A stretch of DNA of 60,693 bases, from positions 128,001 through 188,693 of IMG/VR virus record IMGVR_UViG_3300005077_000002, one strand, 5' to 3'. The stretch's first letter is position 1. Every line of letters starts with the position of its first letter. The DNA is from a virus (taxonomy: Duplodnaviria; Heunggongvirae; Uroviricota; Caudoviricetes). The notes beneath the pieces were generated by a model. That model was not told where the DNA came from and made no database searches. It saw nothing but the letters and a program-made list of their open reading frames with translations. Shown in pieces: positions 30,155 through 40,293 of the stretch. Made by a program: the position numbers and the translations under genes.

Positions 30155-30808
30155 TTACATAGATATGTCAAGGGTAGCCAGATTTGCCGGATACCTTTCA
30201 TAAATTGATTTGAGTTCATTCTTGGCGTGTAACAAAGTAATAGCTAACACAGCCGCACGATCGTATAAAATACCACTGTTCTTCAATAGATAATCCAGTA
30301 CAGCTTCCTGACTAATTGCTTTTCTATAGGGCCTGTCACCTGTCATGGCATCAAACACATCGGCTACAGCCAGGATTCTGGCATGCAGAATAATATCATT
30401 ACCCTTAAGACCATTAGGGTAACCTGTGCCATTAAGCAGTTCATGGTGCTGTGCTACAATTACAGCCTCCAGCAGCATGTCCATGCTTTTAAGCAAATAG
30501 GCGCCGGCAGTCGGATGATTGCGCATAACAGCCCGCTCAGATTCTGATAATTCACCTTCCTTCATCAGAATACTACGCGATATGGTTATCTTGCCAATAT
30601 CATGGAATATGCCGGCACGACCAACAACCCCGGACTGATCAGATGGTAAACCCATCCAATCCACCATCTTACGGGCTATACGAGCAACCCGTATAGAATG
30701 GTTTTTGGTGTAGTTGTTCTGTTCTGCGGCTTCTATCATGTTAAGGGCAAGATTCATGCGCTCAGCACGAAGCAGCGATAATTGTTCTCTTTTATCTTTG
30801 TGACTCAT
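30155..30808 (-). CDS. HD-GYP domain cyclic-dinucleotide phosphodiesterase (stand-alone)
   Basis: HSIRVA, FHDIGK, HPTAG, HHELLNGTGYPNGL, ADVFDAMTGDRPYRKA: the full HD-GYP motif set. Confidence 0.92.
   Translation of the reverse strand: MSHKDKREQLSLLRAERMNLALNMIEAAEQNNYTKNHSIRVARIARKMVDWMGLPSDQSGVVGRAGIFHDIGKITISRSILMKEGELSESERAVMRNHPTAGAYLLKSMDMLLEAVIVAQHHELLNGTGYPNGLKGNDIILHARILAVADVFDAMTGDRPYRKAISQEAVLDYLLKNSGILYDRAAVLAITLLHAKNELKSIYERYPANLATLDISM
30160..30170 (-). promoter_or_regulatory. Phage promoter-like motif TGACATATCTA
   Basis: In the last codons of the HD-GYP gene, 61 nt upstream of the tail tube gene. Confidence 0.7.
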
Positions 30809-30827
30809 ACTACATTCTCAACCGATG

Positions 30828-30838
30828 TAGTTATGTCA
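30828..30838 (-). promoter_or_regulatory. Phage promoter-like motif TGACATAACTA
   Basis: After the sheath terminator, 19 nt upstream of the HD-GYP gene. Confidence 0.7.
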
Positions 30839-30845
30839 CATGGCA

Positions 30846-30882
30846 ATAAAAAAGGCCCTGGCTGTTTTACCAACCAGGGCCA
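30846..30882 (-). terminator. Intrinsic terminator after tail sheath gene
   Basis: Minus strand GGCCCTGGTTG-GTAAAA-CAGCCAGGGCC-TTTTTT. Confidence 0.8.
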
Positions 30883-30908
30883 ATTATTACCATTCATCAT
30901 CTGAATCG

Positions 30909-33578
30909 TTAGGACAACGAAGACACAGCGGATGAGTCTGCCTTCAAAACAACCGGTACCTTGATGGTACGGATTTCGAATACAGGAACCAGGATGAGCA
31001 TGATCTCGATTTCACCGAGGACTTTCTGTCTGGGGTCGGATTTGACCTTGAAGTTGAAAGCCTGCAGATAATCAGGAACTTTCTTACCCAGTTCACTGCG
31101 CAGTTTTGTATCCAGAGCCTGCAACATTTCCGTGCTGGACATTTTGCCCAGGTAGTCAGCTCCGGCCATACGAACAGTTGCCATAGCGTCTTTAACAATC
31201 CAGTACGTGGTTAGACGTCTGTAATCGCTGTCAACCGCGGCTAAAGTCGGGCCATCACTGAGCTTGGTTCCGGAGGTTGTCTTAATACCAGCTATAATTC
31301 TGGAATCTGACAGCACATCCAGCTGGCTATAACCATTCTGAGCGCGTTCACTGTAGGAGTAGCGCAGGTTATAGATATTAGGAATAATGCTGACATATAT
31401 CGATTCATTGGGTTTCAGCGTAGACAGGTAACCCGCCGTACAAGCTTCACCGGTAGTTGCATATTGCACGCCGTTAGCTGTAAAGATGGGTTCGATATCA
31501 ACACCGACCATGTTAATACATTCAAACGGTGCTAAGAAGTTAGCTGCACGCAGAGGATCTGTAAGATCGGACTCGGTGAGTTTCTTTACACGGTTTGCAA
31601 CATCCAGTCTGGTAACAGCGCCGTTTAGGCCAGTACCAACCAGGGGTTTGAATCCAATTATACCTACAACTTCACCGTTGTACCGGCCAAGGAACTCGGA
31701 CATTAGGGTATGGAACCCTGCGTTAACTTCCTGCGGCAATCCGGTCATCTCGTTGTATCCGGTTTTGGTAAGATCCAGGTAAGCGCCAGGGGCAACCAGA
31801 ATGTCGAAGTTCTGATCATCCAAACGCTGATAGGCTTCATTGAGTTCATCATACAATTGGTTTGCATTCAGTTTAACGGCCGTTGTACCGTTACTCAAGC
31901 TCAGGGATGTGGTCAGAGAGAACATATCCTGGGCTACCGAATAATTAAGACCAACGATCGCATCCGAAGCTCCGATGGCTTTGCCACCAGGACCAGGCTG
32001 AATTCCATAACCAATTAACTTGAGTGTCGGCACGGTTGCGTCAACGATTTCCAGTGTACTGCCGAGTTCATAATACTGAACCACAGCGTGGCGCAATACT
32101 AGATTAGCGGGCAGAGGAGCACCGAAAAGAATTTCACGACCACGTACGAAATAATCACTGAATGCGGCTGATACGCTTTGCAGGGCTGTCAATGTGGTCT
32201 TTTCTGCCATCGGACCCACGCAAGAGTCAAACGATATACGAACCGCAGCACCGTTCAAAGCGATTAACTGATCAACAACATCTGCATCATTAACTGTAAG
32301 AGTCAATGTACCTGATGCCCACGCCAGTGTAAAGTCTGCTACTGCAAGCACAAGTTCGCTCCAGTCGTTTACGCCGGCACCCGCAGGACGATATTCTAAC
32401 TTGAACGGTTTTGTGACTGACAGATTCCAGCCGGCTTCAGCATCGCCTTCAGCACTGATTGGTTCATCGATTACTGAGGCCACTGTTGCATCACCCCATA
32501 CTGTAGCGTCAGTTGCAACTGCCGTGGCAACTGTAGCATTGTGCGCAATACCCCACGGAGCATCAGCTGTAAACACAGCAGTTACTGCATCAGATTCAAG
32601 GTTCAGCACACCTAGGCTTACATTTCTGTGGCGCAGATACGCTTCGGATCCAACGTCACCAGTGGCGTTGTTAGCCAGGGCAGCGAAAGCTCCTTCAGCA
32701 GTATGCACATCCATAAGTGTATCAAACCTGGCGTCTGTTTTGCCATCCAGAGGTTGTTTATCCAAAGTGAATTTGGCTTTACCCTGATATTGGTATTCCT
32801 TGATCTCGGAAGTTGTAATAGAGTATGCGGATTCCATCGTGATGATGGTTTTGTCAGTATCAGCGCTCTTATCAGCACTAACTGAACCATCCAGAAATTT
32901 GGTAGCCGCAACGAAGTCAGCTGTAACCAGAGCGCTCAAATCGAGTTCCGTTACCTGATCGCTGGACGATAATACAACATCTGTGTCTGTGCTGTTAACA
33001 TTGATTTCAAATTCAATGGCTTCATTGTGCGCGTAAGCAGAAATAATTCCATTGAGATTCGGGTCAGCATTGATAGCATCAGCCAGCTCACTTGAATTGT
33101 GGGCATCAACAGACGGATTTGAAGGATTGTCTGTATCCAATGAGAAAACTGAGTATGTATCAGTCTTCGGATTGTATATTTTCAGGTTACCCTCTGTATC
33201 CTGCATTATAGTAACATCATTATAGATGTCACCAGGATAAAGAGCTTCCAATGTAAGCACTTCATCACCACCAGTGTTTTCGATAGTCAAATATGCTTTA
33301 TTGGCATATTTGTTACCTATACGCACGGCCAGGATCTGGGGTGTACCGCCGGAAGTTGTCTGCGCATCAATGATTTCTTTGATGGATTTAACCAGACTGC
33401 CTTTTCCGAAAGCACCAAACACTTCTACTGCTGTACTCATATCTGAAACCAGAATAGGAGTATACACGGGGCCGTCCTCAGATGTCCCGAGCAACAGTAC
33501 GCGCTTGTTAAGCTTTTGATCTCCGGTTGGTACTTCAAGATTGTGGTCAAGAAGAGTTCTTGTGATTCTTGGTAACAT
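30909..33578 (-). CDS. Contractile tail sheath protein (889 aa, with inserted domains)
   Basis: N-terminal LLGTSEDGPVYTP...VFG and C-terminal SDYRRLTT...YLGK...LVPVFEIRTIKV are typical of sheath proteins. Confidence 0.88.
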   Translation of the reverse strand: MLPRITRTLLDHNLEVPTGDQKLNKRVLLLGTSEDGPVYTPILVSDMSTAVEVFGAFGKGSLVKSIKEIIDAQTTSGGTPQILAVRIGNKYANKAYLTIENTGGDEVLTLEALYPGDIYNDVTIMQDTEGNLKIYNPKTDTYSVFSLDTDNPSNPSVDAHNSSELADAINADPNLNGIISAYAHNEAIEFEINVNSTDTDVVLSSSDQVTELDLSALVTADFVAATKFLDGSVSADKSADTDKTIITMESAYSITTSEIKEYQYQGKAKFTLDKQPLDGKTDARFDTLMDVHTAEGAFAALANNATGDVGSEAYLRHRNVSLGVLNLESDAVTAVFTADAPWGIAHNATVATAVATDATVWGDATVASVIDEPISAEGDAEAGWNLSVTKPFKLEYRPAGAGVNDWSELVLAVADFTLAWASGTLTLTVNDADVVDQLIALNGAAVRISFDSCVGPMAEKTTLTALQSVSAAFSDYFVRGREILFGAPLPANLVLRHAVVQYYELGSTLEIVDATVPTLKLIGYGIQPGPGGKAIGASDAIVGLNYSVAQDMFSLTTSLSLSNGTTAVKLNANQLYDELNEAYQRLDDQNFDILVAPGAYLDLTKTGYNEMTGLPQEVNAGFHTLMSEFLGRYNGEVVGIIGFKPLVGTGLNGAVTRLDVANRVKKLTESDLTDPLRAANFLAPFECINMVGVDIEPIFTANGVQYATTGEACTAGYLSTLKPNESIYVSIIPNIYNLRYSYSERAQNGYSQLDVLSDSRIIAGIKTTSGTKLSDGPTLAAVDSDYRRLTTYWIVKDAMATVRMAGADYLGKMSSTEMLQALDTKLRSELGKKVPDYLQAFNFKVKSDPRQKVLGEIEIMLILVPVFEIRTIKVPVVLKADSSAVSSLS

Positions 33579-33581
33579 TTG

Positions 33582-34232
33582 CTACCTCTCCATTAATTGT
33601 GTTGCATTTTGAATACGGGCTCGCACACGCTCGATAACGTCGGACTGCTTAACCGTACTGTGTTGGAGTAATACATAATAAACCAGACTGCGCGTCTGCA
33701 GTTTATTATTAATCTTCCACAGTTCAGTGTCACGTTTTCTTTCGTAGAAACGCACTTCCTGACTGCCGAAGACTTTCGTGTAGTGGGCCATGAAGTCGAA
33801 AACAAACCATTGGGCCAAATCTTCCGCTTCTCTGGCGGTAAGTGCCCATATGTCGAAACGAATAAAAGCCTGCAGCATCTGCTCAAAGTGCTGATAAATT
33901 TTACCATCAGGCTCATTCGTGATATTACGTAATCTTGGTTTTACCTCTCTTGTTCCGCTATGCGCGTCAGGGCGGGACTTTCCGCCGAGCTGTTGCGGAG
34001 ACATATGTTCAACATCCCAGGTAATCGTTGTTTTAAACCTATCGGAGTGTTCCTGGTAATGCATAACTGTATCAGGATAAGCTGCTTCAAATATTACACC
34101 AGGAACGACTACCTGCAGAGCTGTGTTTACATTGGCTATAAACTGCATTAAGTTTATACCGGTATAGCTCTCAGTGCCAATTATTGGATGAGATAATCGC
34201 TCTATAGGAGATAGATATTCAATAAATTCCAT
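33582..34232 (-). CDS. Tail completion / terminator-like protein
   Basis: Lies just before the sheath; REVKPRLR...RFDIWA...EAEDLAQWF. Confidence 0.55.
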   Translation of the reverse strand: MEFIEYLSPIERLSHPIIGTESYTGINLMQFIANVNTALQVVVPGVIFEAAYPDTVMHYQEHSDRFKTTITWDVEHMSPQQLGGKSRPDAHSGTREVKPRLRNITNEPDGKIYQHFEQMLQAFIRFDIWALTAREAEDLAQWFVFDFMAHYTKVFGSQEVRFYERKRDTELWKINNKLQTRSLVYYVLLQHSTVKQSDVIERVRARIQNATQLMER

Positions 34233-34660
34233 TAATAGTATCCATATTCCGGAGCGCAGGTTACCTGGTAAAAAGCAATTTCACCGTTGGCACCCCGTTT
34301 TGCATCTATATCTTCTATGCGCATAACGTGACGATGCTGTGATGCCAAAACTACATTGTCAGATGTAGTCAGTGAATTTGCTGAAACTTCAATAATACAA
34401 TCATCTTTTTTGGGTTGGCACTCTGATGCCAAGTAGTATGTCGGAGCACTTTCGTAATTTCCTTTGTCACCGACGGCTGATCTGGGATTATCCCTGCACT
34501 TGACTACTGAATCTACGTGTTGCCATTTGGCTCCGCCTACACCTTCTTTAGTCACAGTATCATAGTGTGCACTTGGTTGACCAGTAAGGTACCGCCTGTA
34601 AATAGCTTTGTGACCCCATTGGTTGATAACTTTATCAAACGAAGCTTTGATATCGATCAT
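34232..34660 (-). CDS. Neck / head-closure protein
   Basis: 142 aa between connector and tail completion genes; coupled start and stop. Confidence 0.5.
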   Translation of the reverse strand: MIDIKASFDKVINQWGHKAIYRRYLTGQPSAHYDTVTKEGVGGAKWQHVDSVVKCRDNPRSAVGDKGNYESAPTYYLASECQPKKDDCIIEVSANSLTTSDNVVLASQHRHVMRIEDIDAKRGANGEIAFYQVTCAPEYGYY

Positions 34661-36027
34661 TAAGGATTAAACCTTCCGTGACGGCTATGTCTGTTCGGAT
34701 AGAGTGCTCTATCAAGATCGGGATTAGTCGTAGGATCCCTTCTGCCAACACTAGGCGTAAGAGCTATTACACCAGAACCATGTTCTGGTGCCATCAGACT
34801 ATAGTCAGGTTCATAAATAGGTTTTGTACTTACATCATTTTTACGAAGCTTTTCGCCGAGAATGTACTCCATATTTCTCAGCTGCTGAATGTCTATAACA
34901 TCACCGAACCCTGTCAGCGATGAACTTGACTGGCCAGGCATAGTTATCTTCAGATCACCCAATGAAAACGATTCAGGCGAGCCACCAACAGCTGTGGTTT
35001 TGGCATACTGTTCGATGGCGTCTATCGTCAAACGTACCATCACGTATTCACTGGCATAGTATGGAACATAACCGGGCCATACGCCGTAGCGCATCCATAT
35101 ATTATAAGCCCGCAAACTCTCCAGATAAATCATTAACCGGATGCGGTCATCCGTTTCAAATACCGTAGTAAGGGCTGATAATCTCAATTTGGCTTCGTCT
35201 ACTGTTACAAATTCCGGACCCACATGAGGCTGTACCAGAACAATCCGATAGTATGAACCGGTTGTCTCATCAGATATGGTAATCGTATACTCTCTGTTTA
35301 CAGCAAAATCGAAAAGAGCATCTATATTTTCTGCACCAACCGTATACTCAAGAACAGGTACACTGCTCTCTAGCAATACGTAGGTTGGCAATGTTGTATT
35401 AACCAGTTTCTGTTCGTAGTCTAAACTTAATAATCCATGACCAGGATTAATTGTTACCCTATAGCCGTTGACGGTGATTGTGCAGAATGATTTCCAAAAG
35501 TCCAGTCCTCCCTGCCGTCCCAACGGATGCCGCGATGTAATCGTGACTTCGGTGTCGTCAGAAAGACTGGTGTCAAATGTCAGTTCAATCTTACCCTCAG
35601 ATACTTTGCTGGACAGCAGGTTTATACTGCTCTCAAGCGGAATACCATCGGTTGGATCTTCATCTGGAACTTCCGGATCACCGGCTCCACCTGCAGCAAC
35701 TTCAGTAGTGAAGTAAAACAAGTAATCGTTAGCAAGCTTACGGCCTGTTATAGATTTTACACCAAACTCGCCACCAGCTACAACGACTACATATTTAACA
35801 TTATTAGCCAGATCGATGGCGGGCGTAAACTCAATACTGTTGGTAGCAAGCAGTGCTGTACGCCCGTCAACGCTCTGAAACGGACTTGAATCAGCAACAC
35901 CGACTGATACAACCAAATCATTAATGGACTTCGGATCGAGATCGTTATTAAATTCGATCTGGATCGTCGAGCCAATTAGAACCGACTCTGCATTAGTTAT
36001 TGGAGTGGTGGATGAGATTTGGAACAT
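34660..36027 (-). CDS. Head-tail adaptor with N-terminal Ig-like (SbsA/Big_5-type) domain
   Basis: STTP...IQIEFNNDLD...FTPAIDLANNVKYVV...YFTT Ig-like motif; C-terminal SFSLGDLKI adaptor-like motif. Confidence 0.55.
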   Translation of the reverse strand: MFQISSTTPITNAESVLIGSTIQIEFNNDLDPKSINDLVVSVGVADSSPFQSVDGRTALLATNSIEFTPAIDLANNVKYVVVVAGGEFGVKSITGRKLANDYLFYFTTEVAAGGAGDPEVPDEDPTDGIPLESSINLLSSKVSEGKIELTFDTSLSDDTEVTITSRHPLGRQGGLDFWKSFCTITVNGYRVTINPGHGLLSLDYEQKLVNTTLPTYVLLESSVPVLEYTVGAENIDALFDFAVNREYTITISDETTGSYYRIVLVQPHVGPEFVTVDEAKLRLSALTTVFETDDRIRLMIYLESLRAYNIWMRYGVWPGYVPYYASEYVMVRLTIDAIEQYAKTTAVGGSPESFSLGDLKITMPGQSSSSLTGFGDVIDIQQLRNMEYILGEKLRKNDVSTKPIYEPDYSLMAPEHGSGVIALTPSVGRRDPTTNPDLDRALYPNRHSRHGRFNP

Positions 36028-36043
36028 TCGGTCTGATTAGTCC

Positions 36044-36700
36044 CTATAAACGTGCAACTGTGTCATTACCTGAATCATCAGGAACGGAAGATACCGAACT
36101 GATAGCGGCCTTGTTAATACCAAGTCTGACGCGCATCTCCTGTATGACATCCATAACTTCTCGTCTGGAATGGAAAGCAGGATTCATGCCGGCAGATTCC
36201 AAAGCATACATATCATTGAGTACCTTTGCGGCTTCGTCTTTACCAAGCTGACTAACGGCACCATTGATGCGTTTTACCGCAATATGTGCCTGCATCTTAA
36301 TAACTTTAACAGCAATCGGACTGGCATTTTTGACCAGCATAGTACCATTACTGAATTGCGGGGCTTTCGGTATGCGCGAACCACTCTTCACATCTTTGTG
36401 TGTGAATTCCTCGGTTGTATAACGTGGCATTTGTTTTGCATTCGATTTAGCAATTACTTCCGGTGGTTGGTATGTTTCAGGATCATCTGTGAAATCCAAA
36501 ATACCCAACTTAACAGATTTGATAAGAATGGGATGCAGATCTTTCTTAACATTCTTGAAGACTGCGAACGGTTTACAACCAGTTCTGGTTCTGCTCAGCA
36601 CGAACTCTCTGCCTGGTTCGTCCAGTTCAAAATGGTTACCATCACGCAGGATAATGTATTTCTTTGTTTCAATCTCTTTGGACTTTGTTTCTTCGCTCAT
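36044..36700 (-). CDS. Hypothetical protein downstream of major capsid gene
   Basis: 218-aa ORF with SD (GGAG). Confidence 0.6.
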   Translation of the reverse strand: MSEETKSKEIETKKYIILRDGNHFELDEPGREFVLSRTRTGCKPFAVFKNVKKDLHPILIKSVKLGILDFTDDPETYQPPEVIAKSNAKQMPRYTTEEFTHKDVKSGSRIPKAPQFSNGTMLVKNASPIAVKVIKMQAHIAVKRINGAVSQLGKDEAAKVLNDMYALESAGMNPAFHSRREVMDVIQEMRVRLGINKAAISSVSSVPDDSGNDTVARL

Positions 36701-36716
36701 GGCTTCTCCGTTATTA

Positions 36717-36747
36717 ATAAAACCGGCCCCACCTATATGAGGCCGGT
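36717..36747 (-). terminator. Intrinsic terminator after major capsid gene
   Basis: Minus strand ACCGGCCTCA-TATAGG-TGGGGCCGGT-TTTATT. Confidence 0.7.
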
Positions 36748-36759
36748 GTTATTTAGCTA

Positions 36760-38058
36760 TTACTCATTAAGGGTGACCTGATTGACGTTTTCAAACGCAT
36801 AGTTGCGGTCGATGGTAATGTTGCGGGAAATACCCACGCCTTTACCTTGCTCAAACAGGGCCATACCCCAGCGTTCTTTGATCTTCATGGCTTTGATATC
36901 GCGTTCCGGATCATTCCATTCATCAAGGCTCACGCCTTCTTTGTTAAGAACGATACCACAACGTGTAGAATCAGCCATTGCGATCGAAGTCTTCGCTTTG
37001 GTGGCACCTTCCGCAGGTGTGTAGGCCATATAAGGCGTTACCAGAACTTTCAACGGAGACGGTAAGTACCGCGGTTCGATGTTGAAAGTAGCACCCATCG
37101 GATTGAGTGTAGTCACGAACGGATTGTTACCGGCAACCTTATTCGGATCTTCCAGAGAGATACCGGTAGCCGCTGTGTTCAGACCATAGCCCATGTGGCT
37201 TGTACCAAACCCTGCAGCCGCTGAGCCATTAGGCATACGGTTGCTGGACAGTGTAGCACCCTTCATCACGATTTCGCGTGTTTCAGGATCAGTCATGAAC
37301 ATCTTCCACGCCAGCGGATTCATGATCAAAGTATCAGGCGTAAATCCACGCATAGCCATGAAAGCGTACATTTCGAAAATGTCGTTTAATGACATGGTGT
37401 TGTTTTTTGCACCGGCGATGTTGCGACCAGTTGTCGAGCCGAGTTCTGAGGTGTTCGGACTGTCGTTATCAAACAGATCCAGACCGAAATCATTGACCAG
37501 CTTAAGACCATACTCTTCTTTATGACGAGCCATGGCGCGGCCGGCCATACGAAGCCACAAACCGAATACGTCGAACAAATTGTCATCGATGATCTCCTGG
37601 GATACACGCATCTTGAGACCGTGCTTCTCGATTCCGATCTGCACCATGTCGCCTTCAGCATAATTCCATTCAACCTCCGGGTATTCACTGCCTTCCGGCA
37701 CTGTAGCAGCATGGAACGCACCAATACCACCGATCTCTACGGAGCGGCTGGAACCGTTGTAATTAACGGACTGGAACAGATTCGGAATAATAACCAGATT
37801 GGGTTCAATCGCTTCACGAATAACTTTTGTTACGGTTGTTTCGATAAAGCGGTTGAGATCCTTTGTAAACACGGTATCTTTCAGCTCAACGTTAGCTTCT
37901 TTAGCCGCACGCGGCAGATCAAATACATCGGCAAACGTAAGCTGCACGATAGCTTTATCCTCAGTCGGTAATCCGCAGATACCATTGTTGGTAAATGCAT
38001 CATAGAGCATATGCTCCACTTTGGATAATACGGAATTAGGTTTTGAAATAACCCTCAT
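36760..38058 (-). CDS. Major capsid protein (HK97-like fold), start re-assigned to ATG 38058 (432 aa)
   Basis: VPEGSEYPE, KHGLKMRVSQEIIDD, GRAMARHKE, PDTLIMNPLAW, KIKERWG; SD AGGAG upstream of MRVISKP. Confidence 0.88.
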   Translation of the reverse strand: MRVISKPNSVLSKVEHMLYDAFTNNGICGLPTEDKAIVQLTFADVFDLPRAAKEANVELKDTVFTKDLNRFIETTVTKVIREAIEPNLVIIPNLFQSVNYNGSSRSVEIGGIGAFHAATVPEGSEYPEVEWNYAEGDMVQIGIEKHGLKMRVSQEIIDDNLFDVFGLWLRMAGRAMARHKEEYGLKLVNDFGLDLFDNDSPNTSELGSTTGRNIAGAKNNTMSLNDIFEMYAFMAMRGFTPDTLIMNPLAWKMFMTDPETREIVMKGATLSSNRMPNGSAAAGFGTSHMGYGLNTAATGISLEDPNKVAGNNPFVTTLNPMGATFNIEPRYLPSPLKVLVTPYMAYTPAEGATKAKTSIAMADSTRCGIVLNKEGVSLDEWNDPERDIKAMKIKERWGMALFEQGKGVGISRNITIDRNYAFENVNQVTLNE

Positions 38059-38085
38059 TAATTTAAATCTCCTGTTATTGTTATT

Positions 38086-38110
38086 AAAAGTGGGGCTAAA
38101 TGCGCCCCAC
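38086..38110 (-). terminator. Hairpin plus U-tract between decoration and capsid genes (attenuator or processing/stability element)
   Basis: Minus strand GTGGGGC-GCATTTA-GCCCCAC-TTTT. Confidence 0.5.
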
Positions 38111-38115
38111 AATCC

Positions 38116-39570
38116 TTACCGTGCGCTGAGCTGAATGTAGGCGTAGCCGAATGCGCCAGCCTGCACCAGTTCTTTTACATCCTTAGCCGGATCTTTGCCA
38201 GCGGTGAACGCGTAGCCAGAAGCGACCAAAACAGTGTACACGAAATCGTACAGATTCTCAGGAATACCTTCCGTACCAGTTCCACCTACTCGCTGTCCGT
38301 AGGCTGTCTCAACGACATCCATCAAGTCTTTCGGGAAACGTGTGTCAACATAAAGAAGTCTTCCGACGGTCTGAATGTTTTTGTCGGTATTCAATGCAAT
38401 ACCAGTGTGCGAGTCAACAGCAGCGCCCTGTGGCACCCAGTTACCGCGCAAGTCGGAACACAGATACTGACCAGACAAACCAGCATAGCTGCTGCCGATA
38501 GAATCTAAATACAGGAAGCTGTATTTGTTTTCAGCGGCCAGGTAACCAGCGTCTGCGGTAGAGCTGAATGTAGCAGTGCGTACTTTGTAACCGGTAGCTC
38601 CAGCTGCTCTGTTGACAAATGTGAGTGTCGGGAATAACTGCAACAGAACACCAAAGTCCACGAAGGGCAATTTGATATACTGTTCTGCCAGCAATCCATA
38701 GCTTTTCCACAACTCGTAGTTAAGGAATGCGCCACGGATATCCTGATACACGTCATACATGGCAACTCCAATGGGGGCGTTAGCCGGTAACACGTATGTA
38801 CCATCGACAGCCACAACAGCCGTGCTACCGAGATAATTCGGTACGCCTGCAGCTACGTCGCTGGCATCATAAGTAATTGTTCTGTCGAAACCGCCGTTTG
38901 CAGGAACCATGATACCACAGATATCGCGGCTGATGCCATAATAACTGTCATCGGCTCCAAGTGACAACGGGGTAACACCGTCGATCTGATCGATTGTACC
39001 AGTGTAAACAACACCAGACGGTACATATTGGTAGTCAGCTGAGATTACAGCATCTTCACCGGGTGCAACTGCAAATGTTATTGAGATGGCGCCGGTTGTA
39101 TAATTGATAGTACCTGTTCCTGTGGAACTGCCGTCCAGTACACCTTCACCATCGTCCGTGAACGTCTCTGTACCATCAGTGATGGTAATGGTTCCGGCAA
39201 TGACAGGTTTTTGATCGGTGGCCAGAGTGAATGTAACTGTAGCATCTTCACCAGCAGTAACAGTGTGCAGTACCTCGGCATCAACAACAGCTTTACCACT
39301 GATATTGAGAACGTCTCCTGCTACAGGGTTCTGAACTGTAATGGCACTGATGATACGGCCCTTCGGAATAACAACATACTGTTCGGTGTTGATATCCTGA
39401 AATTTCACGTCCAGATACCGCAACGGTACCATCGGGAAATGCGGACGAATGCCATCGCTTTCCTCGATGTTCGGACGAAGGGGACTTTCCTTGTAACGAT
39501 TGGGCATCGGTTTGATAGGTCTGCGGCGAGCAGTCTGACCGGAAAATGTGAGTTTAGGCATATTGAGCAA
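38116..39570 (-). CDS. Capsid decoration / minor head protein with inserted beta domain
   Basis: Lies between scaffold and capsid genes; VVIPKGRII, PIGVAMYD; inserted TFTDDGEG...GTINYTTGAI module. Confidence 0.6.
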   Translation of the reverse strand: MLNMPKLTFSGQTARRRPIKPMPNRYKESPLRPNIEESDGIRPHFPMVPLRYLDVKFQDINTEQYVVIPKGRIISAITVQNPVAGDVLNISGKAVVDAEVLHTVTAGEDATVTFTLATDQKPVIAGTITITDGTETFTDDGEGVLDGSSTGTGTINYTTGAISITFAVAPGEDAVISADYQYVPSGVVYTGTIDQIDGVTPLSLGADDSYYGISRDICGIMVPANGGFDRTITYDASDVAAGVPNYLGSTAVVAVDGTYVLPANAPIGVAMYDVYQDIRGAFLNYELWKSYGLLAEQYIKLPFVDFGVLLQLFPTLTFVNRAAGATGYKVRTATFSSTADAGYLAAENKYSFLYLDSIGSSYAGLSGQYLCSDLRGNWVPQGAAVDSHTGIALNTDKNIQTVGRLLYVDTRFPKDLMDVVETAYGQRVGGTGTEGIPENLYDFVYTVLVASGYAFTAGKDPAKDVKELVQAGAFGYAYIQLSAR

Positions 39571-39586
39571 TACTCCTGTTTAATAA

Positions 39587-40273
39587 TTAAGACTTTTTCT
39601 GCTCACTGTCGACAAGAGCCGAAATGAGAGAAGTCATGTCAGTGATTGGCTGAGTTTGTTTCTTGTCCTGGACACTTGGGTCTATGACCTGTCCATCAGT
39701 AACAACTGTCTCAGCGGGAACCTTATGGAACGTTGTTGCCATTTCGGTTTGAAGTGATTCACGTAGTGTTTTGAGATCTGCTACATTCATATCCTGCAGC
39801 TTGGCACGGTAGATGTCAGAACTTGTCTTTACAGCCTGCATATCAATTTCTTTTGTACGCAAAGCAATGGACATATCCAGGATGTGATCGATGAAAATGT
39901 CTTTTCCGACTTCGGGCGCATTATCATTTGCAGCAGCAGCAGAAGCGTCAGCAAGTTTTGTACTTAATTCAGCATTGGCATTTTTGACCGTTTCCAGTTC
40001 TGCCTTTACTGCATTAAGTTCATCTTTACTGATGGACACAGCTTCATCGATTTTAGATTGAATATAGTCACTCACTCCGTCGACTTTAAGCGCATCGCTT
40101 AACTTCGTCATTGGACTATGTTCTCCCTTCTTTGTGATCACAGCTATGAGTTGATCTTGTAGTGCCTGTGGCACGTTTGCATTCTGCACAAGCAGAATGG
40201 CCCGTTTACGCTGATACTCGTTTTCAAGTATAGAATCAAGCAGGTCTTTAATGTCTTCGAGTAATATCTTCAT
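39587..40273 (-). CDS. Scaffold-like coiled-coil protein (start re-assigned to ATG 40273)
   Basis: Helical, between protease and head genes; SD GGGAG upstream of MKILLED. Confidence 0.55.
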   Translation of the reverse strand: MKILLEDIKDLLDSILENEYQRKRAILLVQNANVPQALQDQLIAVITKKGEHSPMTKLSDALKVDGVSDYIQSKIDEAVSISKDELNAVKAELETVKNANAELSTKLADASAAAANDNAPEVGKDIFIDHILDMSIALRTKEIDMQAVKTSSDIYRAKLQDMNVADLKTLRESLQTEMATTFHKVPAETVVTDGQVIDPSVQDKKQTQPITDMTSLISALVDSEQKKS

Positions 40274-40293
40274 GGCTTTACTCCCATACACCG

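Noticed and set aside
17948-33578. Extracellular contractile injection system or tailocin
   Set aside because: Capsid, portal, protease and terminase genes are contiguous with the tail genes, so this is a complete phage morphogenesis region.
38059-38112. N-terminal extension MWGAFSPTFNNNNRRFKL of the capsid ORF
   Set aside because: It spans a hairpin and the SD; the ATG at 38058 is the better start.
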